NCBI RefSeq assembly: GCF_963921235.1
Contig: NC_086097.1
Span: 44,580,001 to 44,644,000, forward strand
DNA length: 64,000 bases
From: Mobula hypostoma
Taxonomy: Eukaryota
Direction of reading: 5' to 3'
This document shows positions 11,801-26,800 of this stretch, in pieces. The translations under genes and the position numbers were made by a program. How positions within the stretch are numbered: the stretch's first letter is position 1; each line of letters begins with the position of its first letter. Under the pieces are notes generated by a model that ran no database searches, was not told the origin of the DNA, and saw only the letters and a program-made list of their open reading frames with translations.

Positions 11801-14800
11801 GGGTCAAATCCAGTCTGATGTGCCACCGTGTGAATAAATACACCTTTTGTCTTTAATTATCATGTGACCCAAGAGATCCTTCACTGACTAATGCTCAGTT
11901 ATGTTCAAGTTTCATTTCACATAGACTAAAATCATTCTTTGAAAGTGCATTCTGAATTGTTTTGATTGCTTTTATTTTATTGCCAATAAATGGGTTATTA
12001 CCTGTATTTAAATAACATCAATTTGTAAACAAAGAATGAATGTTAAGTCCAGCTGTTAACATTTTTTAGAATGTTTTCATTTATTGATAACTATTTCTGC
12101 CAAGACTTTTTAATCCATTTCTCTTTGTTTACTGGGTTGTTTCATAACATGATAGTGTCATAATCATCATAGATCTTAGCTGTGACCTGCATGGTCACAA
12201 TATTATTACAGATTTTTGTTATTTTCCTCTGAGATGTGTCTGTTATTTGCAAGGCTGTTATTTTCATCCTTTCAACTTGAACTGCTGCGGTCTCTTCTAA
12301 CTTGTTTGGTCTGTTTGATGATCTCAATGGGTTCCCAAAGAACAAAACAACTAAAAAAGCTCAAGCTACAGTGCATATTTCATTTGATGCTTCCTTAGTA
12401 TATTATTTTTGTAGGTTTGATTGTTTCCCCAGCTAGTGATGGCACTCCTTTTTCCTGTTATTTAGAAGCCATGTTTCCTTTCTCATCTGTAAGCCTTGAA
12501 ATTTGAAACTTTAAATAGCCATTTCTTCAAACCATATTTCAGTAATAGCAGAAATATCATGTGCTGTACCTGCCTTACGTTACTTTTTTTCTATTTGTAA
12601 ATACAGTTAAGCAAAACCAGATTTTTCTTTTACTTCTCAACCATTGCTTGCTCTGCATTCCAATTCCAGCAAATTTCTGCTTTTGTTTAACACTTGTGCT
12701 GAACTCCCTTTGGAATCCGTGTTTTAAGGCGCTGGAATGTCTGTCTGTAAGAATATTCATACCAGTGCCATTGACAAGGGTTGTATCTGAACAATTAAGT
12801 CAGCATATTTGAGGGGTCCACACAAGTTTTAATAAGGTTTTGATAACTGGTTTTAAAAAGAAACAAAATCAGAAAAAAGCATTCTAAGGGAACCTAGGGA
12901 TGGTGACACATATTGGTGACAGGGATGGTAACACCTATTGGCCTGATGGAAGGTAATGACTGGTAATGGTTGGCTGGAGTATTGTGGGTGGGGGCCTTGT
13001 TACTGTAGGGCCCAGTGCTTGGTACCTAGTTTCTTTGTAATATATATGCATTACTAATTTTATATTTGAATGTAGATGCATGATAGAGGAACTTGCAAAC
13101 AATACACGTTGTTTGTGTAGGTGACAATGAGGAGAAAAGCTTTAGATCAAGATGGACTGGTCAGTTGAATAGACCTTCCAGTAAATGGTTTAATTCTGAG
13201 AAGGGTGAGGTGAAGAATCAAGGTGAGGGAATGCACAATAAATGGAAGGACACTGAGAGCTTCAGAAGGAATGTTTACCCACAGAGTCCTCAAGGTGGCA
13301 AGACAGGTAGTCATAGTCATACTTTATTGATCCCGAGGGAAATTGGTTTTCGTTACAGTTGTACCAACCAAGAATAGAGTATAAATATAGCAATATAAAA
13401 CCATAAATAATTAAATAGTAATATGTAAATTATGCTAGGAAATAAGTCCAGGAAGGTGGTTCAAAAGGCCGACAGTGTACTCTTCTTTATTTGCCAATGT
13501 ATAGAAAATTAGCAGCGTAGTCCCGCAGAACTGTTCGCTACACTATTTTCACCAGACACTCAAGTATTTGTCATAGATCTGGTCGCACATCACAGGAAAG
13601 ATAAAATTGCACTAGTAGATACAAAACAAATTTGGGTATTTTGCCAGGGAAAAAAATGAACATCGGGACTTTTTTTTAACCAAGGACACAGAGGAGAGAT
13701 TTAATTAATACAAAATTTATAAAAGGTCTGGATAGGTTCTTCCTGTTTACTTTATTTACCTTAGCAAAGGGCTCAAAGACTAGTGGAGGCACAGGACTCC
13801 AGATGCTGGAATCTGAGTCCAACCAAAAGTGCTGGAAGAACTCAAATGGGTCAGGTAACATCTATGGAGGGAGCTGTCCAGATGAAGGGTCTTGGTCCAT
13901 TTCTTTCGATAAAAGCTGCCTGACCTGCTGAGTTCCTCCAGAGCTTTTTGTGTTGTCCCAAAAACCAAAGTGATAGAAAGGAGAAGAAAAGAGGAACATG
14001 ATGTTTTACATAGATGGTGCTAGCAGTCTGAAACTCATTGACTTAAAAGGTGATTTTATGGACTCCTGTGAATGACAGCTGGGATTTTTTTCTTTGATTG
14101 TTGCGTATTTCTGCTCTAATTTAAAAAATCAAGTTCATGCAGGATCCTGTCAACTGAAAAATTAATGTACGTTTGTAGTTTCATGTTCTTGAGCATACAC
14201 ATTAGGTTCGTATTCATATTTGTTCCAATGTTATTGCCAACTGTAGAGTGCAGTTAAGAGTTGCAGAAAGACAGTCTCAACTGGAATAGAAATGCATATT
14301 AAGTTCTGTTCCTAAACTCTTGGCAGCATAGACAGGGTGCATCTTTTGTTATAATTTAGCAGTCCCAAACATTTCTAATTTGTGTGAGAGGCAAATAAGA
14401 AAGAAATCTTGTGAAGCTTGTAACAACAGCTTTGGGTTTAAGCAAAACTTTACAGTTGGTTTTGTTTGCAAAATGAAAATCGTGGAGTATTTCTGCTTCC
14501 TTCCCCCACTCCCATCACCATCCAATCGCTTGCATGGGGTTATAGTTTTTGGTGATTTCAAAGAAGATTTATTATCAACGTACATGTATGTCACCATATA
14601 CAACCCTGGCGATTCATTTTGCTGTGGGCATACTCAAATTCATAATAGAGTAATAACCTCGATAGAATCAATGAAAGACTGCGCCAACTAGAGCATTCAA
14701 CTGGTGTGCAAAAAAAAACAAACTGCAAGTACTAAAAGAAAAAAAAATAATAAATGAATAACTACTAAGTATTGAGAACCTGAGATGAGTCCTTGAAAGT

Positions 14801-17800
14801 GAGTCCATAGTCCATTTCAGGGATGGAGTGAGTGCAGTTGCTGCCTGATGGCTGCGGGGTAATAACTGTTCCCGAACCTGGTGGTGGGGGGCCTGAGGGT
14901 TCTGTACCTTCCTGGTGCAGCAGCGAAAAGAGAGCATGACCTGGTGGTGGGAGTCCCTGATAATGGATGCTGCTGTCTTGCGACAACGCTTCGGGTAGAT
15001 GTACTCAGTAGTAGGGAGGGCTTTACCCATGATGGACAGGGCCATATCCACCTTGTAGAATTTTCCATTAAAGAGCATTGGTGCTTCCATATCAGGCTGT
15101 TGTGCAGCCAGTCAATATATTTTCCACCACACATCTGTAAAAGTTTGTCGAAGTTTTAGATTTCATGCCGAATCTTCTCTCCAACAATCATGGGATTTTA
15201 TACCTGTGAGACATAATTATCAGCTGAATGTAAATAGTTCTGTTGCTCTTTTGTGGTCTGTATGCATTAAATTCTGATTCTGAAAGTTAACAAATTTCAC
15301 GACATATGCTGGTGATATTTAGCCTGATTCTGATTCTAAAAGCCTACTGGCTTTTCATGTTGGTGCATGAAACAAACTTTGGCGGAGTCAGCACTATGAC
15401 TGGCAATGGCTAAGCATGTGGAGTTGAACCATTTGCCTCTGTTTACAGAACTGCTACACTTAATCAGATTCATTAAGTGATGAGCACCAGGTTATTTCAA
15501 ATTGTATCATTTCTGGTGTACTATTGTATATTGAAGTGAAACATCATTAACATATTGCACTTACAGTGTTCTGGGTACAAAACTGGAATTATTGTTGGCA
15601 TCATAGAAGTGAGCCATTTATTTACAGGAGTATTAGCAATAGCTTATGTAAGCCAACACACTCATTAGTGATGAGCTAAAAACATGGTGTTTTAAAAGTT
15701 TAGCAGCATCCTTTCAAGGTGTTTTGATGTGTAATGAAAATATCTACATTGGTAACACTATTTTATTTCCATTAAATGAAGGTGTTACAACAATTGTGAC
15801 CAAATCAGCTAAAGTATACTTGTATGAATATAGTATATTGAGACACAAAAATCACAGATATTCTTTGGGAATGTGGCCCATTTGCTGTCGTTGATTAAGA
15901 AATCGAAGCTTATATAATTGCAGCATCTCAGAATTTGTCATTAGCATTCAGAATGGAGGAGGACTGTCTGGGATTGCATACTTTGGGAGCACACACAAGT
16001 GCAAACATTAGGAAGGAGTGTTCCCCATCTCTCTACCTTCATCATTGCCTGAAGAATACGTTTAATCTTGTTGCGATAGTGTTTTCATTTTTATCTCCGC
16101 TCCAGTGGAAACATGGAGGCAATTTGCAGAACAGTTGGGGAATTCTTCAGACTACATCTGAATTTGGTGGGCCAAAAGGCTTGTTCTGCATGGTATCACT
16201 GATTCACTTATTGAACATCACCTTCACAACAGAACTGGGGTCTATCCAATGCCAGTTATCAAACTGCCGATGACACTCACTTTAGCTTTATCAGTCACCT
16301 TTTCCAGCCATGTGGAGTAGAAGATTTGGGTGACTGCTTAGAAAGATGACTGTTGGAAATGGTACTGCAGGGTTCAGTAGTTAGCCCTTCTACTTATCAG
16401 TCTGTAAGATCTATCCACTACTAGAGTATTGTTCTTGCTACTTCTGTCGGGCAGGAAGTACAAACGCCTGGGGTGCCACACCACCAGGTACAGGGACCGT
16501 TGTGGTACAACCACCAGGCTTCTGCACCAGTATGGATAACTTCACTTACCACAACTCTAAACTGATTCTGTGACCTGCAGACTCAAACTTTTAAGCAGTC
16601 TTTGCAAATTCTGTTCTCAGTATTTTTTTTTTGCAGTTTGTCTTTTGCGCATTGGTTGTTTGTCAGTCTTTGTTTATGTATGTTTTTTCACAGATTCTAT
16701 TATATTTTATTTTAAATATTTGCAAGGAAATAAATCTCTGGATAGTATATGATAACATACAGTATATGTACTTTGATAATAAATTGACTTCCAACTTTTG
16801 AAATGGTTGGCAGGAATTTTGGTTATAATTTTACCCTGCTAACTACATGAAACACATAAATTTGCTCAAAGTGAAATGTAAACTCAAACTATTCATTTCA
16901 AAGTTCCCAAAAGTACAATGGAATGGTGTAGCTCAAATTGTGAAGAGCCAGGAACATTTAACTGAAAGCCAGAGAAAATGTAGAAAAACATAGAAAACCT
17001 ACAGCATAATACAGACCCTTCGGCCCACAAAGTTGTGCCAAACATGTCCTTACCTTAGAAGTTACCTAGGGTTACCCAAAAACAACAAGGTTTCAATGCC
17101 ATTTATGTGGTTTCCTCTAAGTTTCCTGCTGCACTTATGATGCTGAACATCTGACATAAAAACAACCAGAAACAAACAGTTTTCAAGTTAGGCACTACCT
17201 GTGGAAAGAGAAAGAGTTAACTTCTCAAGCTGAAGGACCTTTGTCAGAACTGGGAATGTTGGAAAACAAGATAGGGTGTGAAAGGCTGGATGAAACTGTT
17301 TCAAAGAAGGGATAACAGTATTGAACAGAAATTAAATTCAATATATTCTGTCAAGCTTCATTACATTGCTTGAAGCAGAAGAACAAATTGTAATGCTCGG
17401 AACCTGATCTACAAGTTGAGTACCTCTTATCTGAAATGCTTGGGGCTGAAAGTGTTCTGTATTTTTTTCAGGTTTTGGAATATATAATAAGATTGCATGA
17501 AAGCACCATAATTTCTGACTCCGAATTTGTGCTACTAGTAAGCAGACTTTGTCTTGCATTTGTTCATCACACATACATACATAATTGTAAGAATTATTAC
17601 ATAACATTTAATATAATGTGAGCAGGGCAGCAAAAGCAGTGCAGCTGATTCCTCAATCAGCTGTTGATCAACATCAAACAATAGCAGGCATTCAGTCTCC
17701 ATCTACAATGCCATGTTTTGTTTAAAAGTTTACAGTACACTTAAGGTTTTATGTAAAATATAAAAATAACCAACTTTGTTGACTGGTTCTGGTGTTAGAT

Positions 17801-20800
17801 TTTCATCAGAAACGCTTTTAAAATTTAATGCTGTTATGTGAGGTTCGGCATGTCATCAAAAACCTTAGCAAACTTCTATAGGTGTGTGGTGGAAAGTGCG
17901 CTGACTGGCTGCATCACAGCCTGGTATGGGAACACCAGTGCCTTTGAGTGGAAAATACTACAAAAGGTAGTGGATTCGATCCAGTATATCACGGGCAAAA
18001 CCCTCCCAGCCATTGAGCACATCTACATGAAACAACGCCATAGAACAGAAGCATCCATCATCAAAGATCCTCACCACCCAGGCCATGCTCTTTTCTGGCT
18101 ACTGCCATCAGTGCCTCAGGACTCATACACATGTTCAAGAACAGTTCCTTCTACCCCTCAAACATCAGGCTCTTGAACAAAGGGGGGTAACTAGACTCAT
18201 TTAAGGACTCTCTAATCTTGCTATTTCACATTTGTTAGTTATTGCTATTTATTTATCTGCATTTGCACAATTTGTTTACGGTGTGCAGATCCTGTTAACA
18301 GCTACTGTTCTATACATTTGCTAAGTATGCCCACAAAAAAAAAGAATCTCCGGATTGTATGTGGTGACATTTATGTACTCTGATAAATTATTTTGAACTT
18401 TAAAGTATATTTAAAAAAAAACAATCGGCATCATAGACTTTGGTGCTAAATTTTCGTGACCAACAGATGCTTTAAAAATTTAATGCAATGCCTTTTCTTA
18501 AATTTCAGCAGCCAGTCATTAAGCGGTATATGTTAACTCTGCTGATAAATCCACTCTTTCAATACAGGATCAAGATCTTCATTTTTCACTTCATACAGTA
18601 TTTTTCTACCTTTGCTCATTACGTATGTGAGGTCACTTCTCAGAGTTATCTGTGGTGCGTAGAAACCTGCACATCATCTAGGAACCTTCCCAGTGCCTTG
18701 TGGAATTTTCTATTGTGTCATCATGTGAGCAGTTTTTTAAAAAAAAAACAACTTGGATTTCAGAGGTTTTCGGATTTTGTAATTTTGGATAAGGGGGACT
18801 CAACCTGTAATACTGAATGTTTATTTGTGAAAATTATTTTTTTCTGTGTAGAATTACATTGAGATTTCAGCATGGGAAGTAAAGAATACTAAAATTAGTT
18901 GGTGTATAAGGTGATGCAAATTGTTCACTTTCCCATACATCTCAATACAACAATTCAAGAGGGAAGACTTGGATTTACATTTTGCTCTGCCTGTTGATAA
19001 CAATTGGTATCCCATTTCCTTCTGATTTAAAGTCTGTGGAAACAAGACTTGGACACCTATTGGAGGCTAACTGCATTGCATTCTGTACTTTAGATGAGAC
19101 AATAAATGGGGCCTTGGTCTGCCTTTCAGAAGAAAGTTTAAAAATGTATATATTATTTGCCACCATTCAGAGAAAATTGGAGATTTGTTTTGCAAACCTG
19201 TAATGTTTATCAGTAAGCAATTCCATTAAAACCATATTATTATAGTTGGTCATTTATGCTTTGCTATTGATTCCTATTTTCCCATACAAAGATTGATTGT
19301 GCATGAATTGGAAGGGTGGGCAACACAATAGTATAGTTAGTGCAGTGCTTTATAATGCCCGCTTTAAGGTTGGGGTTTAATTCCCACCACTATGTAAGGA
19401 AAAGGGACTCTTGGGCACATAGATGTAAGAAAATTGGAATGTGTTGGGCTGTGTAACGGGGGAAGAGTTAGATTGATCGTGGGGTAGGTATAGAGTGGCC
19501 TACTTCTGCTCCTATATCTTATGGTCTTATATAGGTCAGAAGTGTATGAACAGAGAGAATAAAGTGAAATCCCTACCAAGCAGGCTGCCTTGCGCAGTGG
19601 ACTGAATGATTTTCTGTGTTACATCATTGACTGATAGGATGAGGACCATTAAGTTCACTTATTTCACTGCCATATTCAATATTTAAAGGCATTTACCACT
19701 GAAATGAAGAACAAACATTTAGTTTTGAGATTGAGAGTTGGCACCTAAGAAAGTGCAGCGTTCCCTCAGAATGACATGGGAATGATTGGCTAGAGGATGG
19801 GAGGATGATTTGAATATACAGTGGATTCTGGTTAATTAGGCAATCAGTTACTCCCACTTATTTGGGACAACTTTTAAAGAACAAAAATACTAAATGAGAA
19901 ACTAGCCGGGATTCCCTTCATTTATTTGGAACACTCTTACCACTTGATTTGGACAGGAGACTCGTCGCTGGACAGTTTCTAGCTAGCCTCAGTCTTGTGC
20001 ACTTGTGTGGCCGTTAGGCACTACACTGTGCTTAGAGTGAAACTCTTTAATGTGTGATTATGTGCTGAGAAATGGGCAGTGAGACAATTCGGAAGTATTT
20101 TGTCCACTGTGGTTTTGAGCACCGAGGGCTGGAACTGCCAGAAGCAGCTGGGAGTGACAATGAAACAATTTCACTACTTCAAGTTGGGAACTACAAATAA
20201 TTTGAAGATCATGGCAATGAAAATGAAGGTTTGGAAGATGCAATCATCAAAAGCATTGTGTGAAGGCAGTCCATTACCTGCACTAGTTTTGCAGCATACA
20301 CAGCATGAATTCCTCTGTGGAAAACATTAGGAACTTTTTTTTATATATAGTACTGTAGTGGCGTTGGTAGTCTTCTAATTTGTTCTGTATTTCATTTAAA
20401 TACATAGTTTATTACCCAGTTTGTGTTTTTTATACCTTTGTAAACTATTTCCACAAATCTTTGACCAATTGGGGCAGTCCATTAATTGGGCCAAAATGTA
20501 CTGGTCCCGATGTGTCCTGGTTAACCAAAATCCAGTTCTGTACAACAATTTGAATTAAGCTGACCTTTAAATGACTGTTTATGAAACTCGTATTTTTCTA
20601 GTCAGCTCTTTTCAAAGGAATATGATAAATTGTTACTTTAGTTTAACTTTAATTGACTTGCTCTGTAAATGGATAATTTATTGTAACATTTTGTGGAAGA
20701 ATAAAATAGTTGCTGCAGATGCCGTACATTGTAGCTTTACAGCGAGCTCAGAGGACACGTCCTTTCAGGTAGATAGTGCTGGTGTTTATTCCTCACAATT

Positions 20801-23800
20801 CTGTGCATGTCACTTTAGCGTGTCTTTTGTTATTTTTCTTTCAAAAGCTGGCCTGGGGACAGCTCCTGTAGGGTTTATCAGCAACCCTCTTCAACATAGG
20901 ACACTACAGTGTAGTGCACAAACACGAGGAAATCTGCAGATGCTGGAATTTCAGGCAGCACACATAAAAGTTGCTGGTGTAGTACAGAAAAGACATAGGA
21001 GGTCTTTTGTAGTACAGACCCTTCGGCCTCAAGTGTTGTGCAATCCTTTAACCTTCTCCATTAGGGACATTGAAGAAACTCTTAGGCACGTGGATGAAAA
21101 AAAAAATGGAGAGCTATGTGGGAAGGAAGAATTAGATTGATCTTGGAGTAGTTTAAAAGGTCTGCACAACATCGTGGGCTGAAGGACCTGTATTGTGTTG
21201 TACTGCTCTGGGTCCTATATACCCATCTCTGCTGCCACCCTGGCAGTGCATTCCACTCTCTGTGGGGGAAGTAAAACCACTTGTAACATCCCACCCCACC
21301 CAACCCACCTCTACTTTGTTCTCGTCACGTTAAAATTATGCCTTCTCGTATTACCCATTCTTTCTCAAGTGGAGTCATATTTTCCTCTCTCAATACATGC
21401 TTCATAATTATTAGATTTTCCATTAAGTTCTCCTATGTCTTTTCTTGAAAGTGAAATACCTGGTTCTGTTCATTATAATATTAGCTGGTAATAGCAACTG
21501 CTCATTGAGAACTTTCTTGTGTGTTTTCCCCTGAACTGCATTGCCTCCATTTGTCCATATTAAACTTCATCTGAGCTGCCCCATTTGTTTGGTGGATGCA
21601 CTGATCAGTGGTTTGAAGGTGGTGGGAAAATTCAAAAGCAGAATTAAGGACAGGATTGGGGGGAGAAATAGATAATTCACAAGAACATGACTTAAAATGC
21701 AACTGGTCTAAACAAGACACAAACTGCTTTTTATTACAGAATGTCAATTTAGCTGCATTTTGTGGAGACCTAAAATTGATGAATTTTGTATTTTTTAAAA
21801 CTGAAGTTACCCCATTTGGTCAACACTAATAAAAACTGAAAAAATAACATCCAAACTGAGAAAATATTTTTTAAAAATAAATAAATAAATAAATTCAAGC
21901 CAAAGAAAAGGAATAGTTAATTTATTCAACTCATTGTTTTTGAATCTGGCCACTGGAGAATGATTTAAGAAAGAGCTGTATTTTTCCTATTCCTATTCTG
22001 ACATGCAAGTCCATGGCTGCCTCTTGTGCCATGATAAAGGCACCTTCAGGTTGGACGAGCAACCCCTTGTATTCCATCTGTGTAGCCTCCAACCTGATGG
22101 CACTAATATTGATTTCCTCCCCCCCCCCCCAGTAAAAAGAAATTCCCTCCCCCTCCCTTCTGTCCCCACTCTGGCCTCTTGCCTCTTATCACTTACTTAT
22201 CACCTCCTCCTCTTTCCCTTTCTCCTATGGGCCACTGTCTTCTTCTGTCAGGTTCCTCCTTCTCTAGTCCTTTACGTTTCCCACCCACCTGGCTTCATCT
22301 ATAACTTTCTAGCTATCCTCCTCTTTCTCCCCCCCCCCCCACCCCCAGCTTTTTATTCTGTCATCTTCCCCCTTTCCAATCCTGAAGAAGAGTGTTGGCC
22401 CGGGAGTTCGACTATTTATTCATTTCCATGGATGCTGTCTCATTTACTGAGTTCCTCCATTTTGGGGATGTTGCTTTGGATTTCCAGCATCTGCAGAATT
22501 TCTTGTCTTTACTAGTTCTTTTTCCTAAATTGGATAATCTTGACTACATAGAACCTCTTTTGACAACCCTAAGTTAAGTAAAAAGCTATGGACTCGAAGC
22601 TGTATGTACCTGTTATAAAACATTGAATATGATGGCTATAATAGATATCACTCTCCAGCAATGTTCCCTCCAATTTGTAATGACCAGTGTGTGCAAAAAT
22701 CTTGTGCTGTGCGGTTTTTTGTTTTGTTTTTAATTTAATTTTTTTTTGCCCAGTGACAACAACATGAGCACACTGAATAATTTCTTCAATAAAGACAATG
22801 TGTGTGTGTGTATATATAAGCCATTTCTAAAATCTGGGTACATATTGTTGCATAGTCCACGTTTGTCAACTTCATCCACATCAGAAATCGTAAAAGGAAA
22901 TGTGATTATGTATGATCGTGAATTACAGTTAACATGCCAATGAGGTTGAGGGTGACAACCTTTTGTGCGCAGTTTAAATTCCTTTGTGCGCTAGTAGCAT
23001 AAAGGTGAGTGTACACACATGTACGCACACGCCTTGGCGGGAACACGGCTGTCTGGTGTCACTTGGGTCTTGAAGATGCATGAAACTGTAAGAATATAGT
23101 ATAATGCAGAACAAAAACAAGCCAAGAATGAAAACATGCTGAAGAGAATGCCCCCTAGTAAGTACCTCATTGAAGTAGAAATGTTATTTGTAGCTTAGAC
23201 AGGTAGTATCTGATCCACAGAACTTCCAAATGAGCTGCTTCATCACAGATATTTGATGCTTATATGTAGTTGGTCCATTTAAAATTCTAGGACTGTCCAA
23301 TACTGGCTGACAATTTAAATTTGTCTTTTTGTTTGTTTGCTGCAGGTGTTGCTGGTGTTCTAGTAGGGCACCCTTTCGACACAGTAAAGGTGAGTTTTTT
23401 AATGTAGTTTGGTTTTGATATTGTTAAACAGCTGCTTGCTATCCCATCTAATATCACGACTACAAAATAAAATTTTCTTAAAACAAATAATATTTTAATT
23501 TTTTTTTACAGTTTTGCTTATCTTCGTGATAAATTGTTTTATTGCCAAACATAGTTAAACATTCAACTATACAAGCTGTTGTAATAGTAAAGTTAATGTT
23601 AACTTTCATTCAACCATATTCAGCCATTTCAGATAATGATTATCTGATTGGCACCATGAATAAGATCTACTTTTAGTTTCTTAAATATTTAACTACTCTC
23701 CTTTGTGGATTTTGACCTCTCAACCGATCGGGATGATTGAATGTCTGTCAGTGAGAGAATATTTATTTGAGTAGAATGTGTTTTTTTTTTTTTGCTAACC

Positions 23801-26800
23801 TATGATGCCAGAACCTTTCCAAAAGGCATATAAATTTCTTTTTTCAAACTATAACCAGAGTCTCTTGCGTGAATCTAATTTAGCATTATATTGTGTTGTT
23901 TTAATAATTTATATTTGTGAATGAAAATGCTTAAAGTTGGTTGAAATTAAGGTCTGCTTATGGATTTAAATATTGCATTTATCTTTTAGAACCAAAGTAA
24001 ATGAAGTTAACCCATCTTAAAATGCTTAAGTCTTTGAGGACCTGATTTTATAGGGTTATTAATAGTGCAGTGGCTAGGGTATGGAGTTACAATTGTCAGA
24101 AGCTGTAGTAGCTTCTTCAGATTTCTGGCCATGACATTGTGTGATGAAGAGAAGTACGGCAAGGAAAGTGTATTGACTTCATGAAAGTGACAACATTTCA
24201 AATTGATGCCACCTGCGCCAGCTGCTTGTATGTTTGCTCTCAGTGGGTCGAAGGGAAATTGTCCTTCTAAGCTACATCTCTGCCCTCAGAGGCCTTGGCA
24301 CCACTTTATTTATACAGACTATGTGCAGCATTGGTTGGCTGTGAGTGACCCCTGAAATAAAATGGCCTGAAATGCTGAGTACGCTGTTGATTGGATTAAA
24401 CTGTAACAGTGCAGTCTTAAAAAATTATCTTGTCCGTATTGGCCATGGAAATGTACATTATGTACTTGCACTGATTAGATCAGCATTATTATTTTTTTTT
24501 TGAGGGATCAGTGGAAACTGAAATTAGTGTTGTGCCTTGTAACGACCGAGAGTGAGAAGCTAATATTGTCAAATGGACACAAAGAAACAGCAGGTGCCTT
24601 AATTTGGAGCAAAGGGCAAAATGCTGGAAGAACTGAGCAGGTTAAGCAGCATCTGTGGAGGCAAAGAGGTTGATGGATGTTTCGTATTGTGACTCTGCAT
24701 CAAGATTGAGAGCGAGTGTAGAGGGAAGGTAGCCAGTTTATAGAGGTGAGAGGTGGACTATCCAGACTGTCCCACCTCTACACTCAGTCCTCCCTCTCCC
24801 TCTCCCTCTGTTGTGATGTGCAGTTACAATATGAAAGGTCGACCAGCGGTTTGCCTCTGCAGATGCCGTTTGACCTGCTGAGTTCCTCTACACTTTTTGC
24901 TATTTTGTTAAAATCTTAAAAGTTAGGGTGGAGAAACATTTTTTTTAAAAAATTGTTGATGTTTAAACACAACACCTTCTATAAAGTGATGGTGTGTGTT
25001 TATGTGCATTGGTAGAGCACATGGTGGTAGGCTGAGAAAGTAGGCTTGATTGTTCTACTCAGCCACAGCACCAAGAAGACACCTGAAGCAGACTCTGAAT
25101 ATTCTCTCCCAAGAGAAAGGGTATGGCTGAAGGACAGGGGTCCTCGTGCTCAGATAGATTGATGTTTGGTTGAGTCCTGGGTACAAATTGCTTGCCACAT
25201 ATATAGGAAGCCAGGGAAAATTAAGGCAGAGATTGGGGTGGGGTCATCAAGGACTGCAAAACATCCCTTCACCACTCGAGAGTTGACATCGCTATTTGTG
25301 CAAATCTAATCAGTTATGTTTACTTGGTGACACTGTTGGCGTAGGTAAACAGTAACTACCATTTTAAACTGTGTTATGCTTAATGGTAGCCAGAGTTTTG
25401 TTTTAACTAAGTTACTGATGCATTAGAAGCCTCCTTGTCTTGCTATTTTCATGTAATGTGTGAAGTTTGTTGTATTTAACTACTTTACTTTCTGAGCTAG
25501 GGACAGTCGTCATTAACAGCAAAAGTGTACTTTGTGATGAGAGATAAGCCTCATCACAGGAGAATTTCTAGTAAGTACAGAAACAGTGATGTTATATCCT
25601 TATTTCTCTCCTCTATACTATGTGAATTTTTTTTTTAGCTTTCAATGACACTGGAGTTTTAAACGCATCTAGTATTGTATTTATTACTTTTTTATAAACT
25701 TTGTAGAATGCAGACTTCAGCATATGACTTTAAGTAGTTGTAGAATTAAATGAATGCTATTTGTATCAGAATATTACTCTACATTGCATTTATATTAAGT
25801 ACAAGTTGTGGAATAAAATACCTTACTGTGAATCGTGCCCAGCCAGGCCCTTCCCTCTCTAGACATGTGTTTGTTTTCTAGGTTCGACTTCAAGTACAGA
25901 ATCCTGATCAGCCACGTTACCATGGAACGCTACATTGTTTCCGATCCATTCTTAAACAAGAATCTGTAAGTAGCAAGAACTCTCGCCAGAATTTTTCTGC
26001 TTATACAGTTCTTTTCTTTCTATTGAAACACTGTCGATTAGAGTTTATATCATTTTTAAAAATGTATATAATATAGGACAAAGGACACTTTTTGGAATTT
26101 CACTGAGCAGCGCAGTATTCAGCTGCAAGTGTAGAAGGCGGAAGCTGTTGCTCTGCTCATTTAAAGAGACATCACTGTCTGGAAAACAATGTCATCACTC
26201 GGGCAACAACTGGTTTGAACTTTAAACTAGGCACCGTAGGAGACTGAGCCTTCCCAATGAGATCATTCCAAAAGACTCTTCAATTTCTTTGGGCAACATG
26301 AGCTGAGACCACCCAGCTTCTATTTGGAATGCCGCTGTTCTGTGTGTGACAGGCCTGGCCCATTTATCACCCCAGACTGTGGGGATTCTTGTTGTCCCAT
26401 GGCACACATGGAGTATATTGAATAGAAGTTGTACATCCTCTTTTGCTTTTTTTTTCAAAAACTGAATTTCACGTCAGTGGTATGTACTGTAATATAGATT
26501 TGCATGTTTTCATTTTAAATCACAAGTTCACATTCTTTTACACAAATTTTGCTTAGCTGTACATTCTTTCCCACCACGTCTTACAATCTGCTTATTTTCA
26601 AATGTTCTTTGTGTTGTGGCTGTGATGGAAGTCACTGGAGAGACACTGAAGCTGGTGGTACAGAAGTCTTTATTCATCATAAAAAGTAGGCGTTCTCATG
26701 GACTTGGTGGAGTCTTAAAAATTCAAAAGTACATCACATTGTTTTATACCCTCCAGACTTGATACAGTTTCAATAGTTACAGTTACATTGTTTAATTCAA

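Noticed and set aside
20571..21140. 189-aa ORF in intron 1
   Set aside because: It runs through unrelated Penelope and CR1 fragments, with no domain and no splice support
22655..23050. Possible hAT element (caatgttccc...gggaacacgg)
   Set aside because: TIRs are short and imperfect and there is no convincing 8-bp TSD
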